DNA of 64,000 nt from Mobula hypostoma. Its lineage: Eukaryota. The stretch lies in assembly GCF_963921235.1 (NCBI RefSeq), contig NC_086097.1:170254001-170318000 (forward strand), read 5' to 3'. Within the stretch, counting starts at the first letter, position 1, and every line of letters starts with the position of its first letter. The position numbers and the translations under genes are program-made. Shown here one piece after another: positions 61,085-64,000 of the stretch. The notes under the pieces are model-generated. The model did no database searches. It was given only the letters and a program-made list of their open reading frames with translations, and was not told where the DNA came from.

Positions 61085-62292
61085 TATATCCTTCAAGGCA
61101 ATTGTTGAAGGGAATCAACGGACATTTTAAGAGGCAATAGGGTGACCTTGGCACACAGCCCACTACCGCAGGCCGACCGCTGCACAAAGAATGATGGAGA
61201 AGTTCTGTTTAAATCTAGTTAACTTTGGAGTAAGCACAGAAGCATTTCTGTATTCGACTTAGAAATTACTGTCTCAGTAACTTACAGTCAGACCCTGGGG
61301 ATTTTGCCTTTTGATGGAACATTCCTTTAAATACAATAAGCCTCCAGCTCACTAAGTAATTATTTTTACAATTGAAAATTCTATTAATTATTGAAATGAT
61401 TGACTATTCAGGTACAATAAACCACAGGACAAATGATGCTATAGTACATATTGATTAAAAGTTAATTTGGCATTTTGCATAATAAGGTGTTGTGATTCAC
61501 GGATAAGGCATGGTTCAGTTGGTTGTAGTCGCAGTGACTCACCAATCATCTTTATAGCCCCAAAAAAACATCAACGGCATCTCAGGTTCTACAGTGTTTA
61601 CTGTTCAAATTAATCTAAACAATCAGGTCAAATTTGTCCTTAATGTCTTATAATGATTACACCAAATGGTGCTGTTAAAAATAATTAATGAACTGTGTTA
61701 TTTTGTTGTCTGTGCTTTGAAGTTTCCTTTCTGCTGCTCCACTGAGGGTAGCCTTCTCACCTCTGCCTTGGCAACTGGTGGGTTCTAGTCCCATTGCAGA
61801 ATCTGGATTCAGCAGAAGCTATGGTAACATCCCAGCTAGAGCCACAGAAGATCTGCACTCCAGAACTAGCTGTGGTTCTTGGCAAGCTGCTCAGTACTGT
61901 TGGAGCACTAGCATCTCCCCAACAAGGTGAGGAGTTACCCAGGTATGCTGTATTCATAAAAAGCAGGACAGAGTGAATCCAGATAATCACTGCCCAGTTC
62001 CCAGCAAAGGTGTCAGTGATAGTGCTATCATGTGGCACTTACACAGCAGAAACCTACTCACCAATGGAGGCATGAGAGACTGCAGAAGTTGGAATCCAGA
62101 GCAACCAACATTGTGCAGGAGGAACTCAATAGGTGAGGAAAAAGGACAGTTGACGTTTTTAGGTCCAGACTCTTCATCTGGCTGAAATATAGTGGGGCTG
62201 GAGTCAGTATTGCTTTCTCTCACATTTTAATACTGGCTATCTTCTCCACATCTTTCTGTCCAGATGAAGACTTTTGATCTGGAATGTTGACC

Positions 62293-62506
62293 AAGCAACA
62301 CACACAAAATGCTGGAGGAACTCAGCAGACCAGGCAGCATCTATGGAAGAGAGTACAGTTGACGTTTCAGGCAGAGACCCTTCATCAGGACTGAAATGTC
62401 GACTGTACTGTTTTCTATAGATGCTGCCTGGCCTGCTGAGTTCCTCCAGCATTTTGTGTCTGTGTGTTGCTCGGAATTCCAGCATCTGGAGATATTCTCT
62501 TGTTTC
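62293..62506 (-). mobile_element. Penelope-derived fold-back mini-element inserted into an older pLTR
   Basis: Inverted arms ~62296-62368 / 62392-62470. Imperfect TSD tggaatgttgac (62280-62291) / tgaaatgttgac (62507-62518). Confidence 0.75.
62356..62393 (-). ncRNA. Minimal type I hammerhead motif
   Basis: Minus strand CAGTC-CTGATGA-AGG(gtctctg)CCT-GAA-ACGT-C-AACTG. Confidence 0.65.
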
Positions 62507-63094
62507 TGAAATGTTGACTGTCCATTTCTCTCCACTGATGCTGCCTTACTTGCTGAGTTCCTTCAGCATCTTGTTGTCTGCACTTACTCACTGATACCCA
62601 TTTGAGGTTTCACCAGGAACTCACAACAGCCTTAGTATAAATATAAACAAAAGAGCTGAATTCTAGAGTTGAGATGAGAGCAACTGCCCTCTTCACCAAG
62701 GTACCACTTCACTGGGTGTGTCGTCATGGAGTTCTGACTAAGTTAGTCAAAGGAAAAACTCTCCAGTGGCCAGAGTCATACCTCACATAAATGAAGATGG
62801 GTATAGTTATTATCCCAGGCCCAGGACATCACTACATGGGTTCCTTAGTCAGTGTCCTCAGTCCAGCCATCCTCAATTGCTTCGTCAATAACTTCTGCTT
62901 CATCAGATTGGAAGTGAGGATATTTACTGATAATAACATAACATTCAATTCCATTGCCAGCATGCTGGAGAGGTGTGGGATGATTTGTCAGCATATTGCC
63001 CTGGATTAGAACATATAAATTTAATGGAGAAGTTTGTTTTCCCTGGAGTGGAGGAGGCTGCTGGGTAAGGTGTATAAAATTTGAGGGGAAACTG

Positions 63095-63960
63095 AACATA
63101 GAACTTAGAACAGTATAGCACAGGAACAGGTCCTTTGGCCAATGATGTTGTGCTGAACTAATTAAACAAATAATTAAATGCCTACTCAACTAGTCCCTTC
63201 TGCCTGCGCAATGTCTTTATCCCTTCATTCTCTACACATTCATGTGCCACTGTAGGAGGCTCTTCAATGCTTCTGTTGTATTTGCCTCCACTACCACCAC
63301 TGGCAATGCCATCTGGGCATCTATCACTCTTTGTAAAAAGAAATGTGCCCTACATGTCTCCTTTGAACTTATTCAAATTTCAAACTTATAACACCATCGA
63401 GGACATCTTCAGGAGGTGGTGTTTAAAGAAGGTGGCATCGATCATGAAGAACCCTCACCATGCAATGCATGCCCGCTTTTCATTATTAGCATCAGGGAGG
63501 AGGTACAGGAGCCTGAAGGTCCACACTTGATGTTTCAGGAGCAGCTTTTTTCCCCGCAGCTATCAGATTTTAGATTGGTCCATAACACTGCCCCACTATT
63601 TTGTTTTCTTTGCACTATTTATTTAGTTCTTATATATTTCTTAATGGAATGTTTGGTTATTTGTTTATGTATTGTATTGTACTGTTGCCACAAAACAACA
63701 AAGGTCACAATATAGGTCAGTGATATATAAACCTGACTCTGATTCCTCTCACCTTAAATGTATGTCCTCTGGTATTGATATCACAAACCTGGGAAAATGA
63801 TACTGGCTATGTACTCTGTCTATGCCTCTCATCGTCTTATAAACTTCTATCATGTCTCCCCTCAGTCTTCACCACTCCAGAGAAAACAACCCACGTTTGT
63901 CCAACTCCTCCTCATAGCACATGCCATCTAATCCAGAGAGCATTTGCCAGGAATGCTGCC
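63095..63960 (-). mobile_element. CR1 3' end with a plus-strand Rex1 3' end inserted (63385-63745)
   Basis: Antisense tail gaacatagaacttagaacagtatagcacagg. Rex1 part: TIEDIFRRWCLKKVASIMKNPHH...LASGRRYRSLK. Confidence 0.8.
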
Positions 63961-64000
63961 TGGATTAAAGAGCATGTGCTATGAAGAATTGGAGAAACTC

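Larger units (their letters stand above)
61840..62960 (+). mobile_element. Old LINE RT fragments interrupted by Penelope pLTRs
   Basis: PELAVVLGKLL...HKKQDR.NPDNHCPV...HLHSRNLLT; later GSLVSVLSPAILNCFVN...RIFTDN. Confidence 0.55.

Overview
Eukaryotic, transposon-saturated, essentially non-genic DNA. The repeat repertoire (V-SINE/HE1-type SINEs, many CR1 LINEs with short tandem tails, Rex1/Babar LINEs, Penelope-like pLTR fragments) points to a cartilaginous fish, probably a ray or shark; this is an inference. No intact host gene is visible, and most ORFs in the track are decayed reverse-transcriptase fragments or artefacts. Main results: (1) an R4/Dong-clade non-LTR retrotransposon (39491-47672) inserted in a (TAA)n tract, which can be reassembled across three insertions with clean target-site duplications (TSDs) and has a densely base-paired, pseudoknotted 5' leader; (2) young Penelope-derived mini-elements carrying minimal type I hammerhead ribozymes (18178-18215 +, ~33122-33159 -, 62356-62393 -); (3) a 2.6-kb solo-LTR-like element inflated by a 31/32-bp minisatellite with a 221-bp higher-order duplication; (4) a deleted Tigger/pogo element containing a MER2-like segment; (5) a fold-back mariner MITE with five terminal inverted repeat (TIR) copies; plus other solo LTRs, a Gypsy remnant and a hAT transposase fossil. 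Family names come from recognised protein motifs and recalled consensus features, not database searches. Boundaries without TSDs are approximate.
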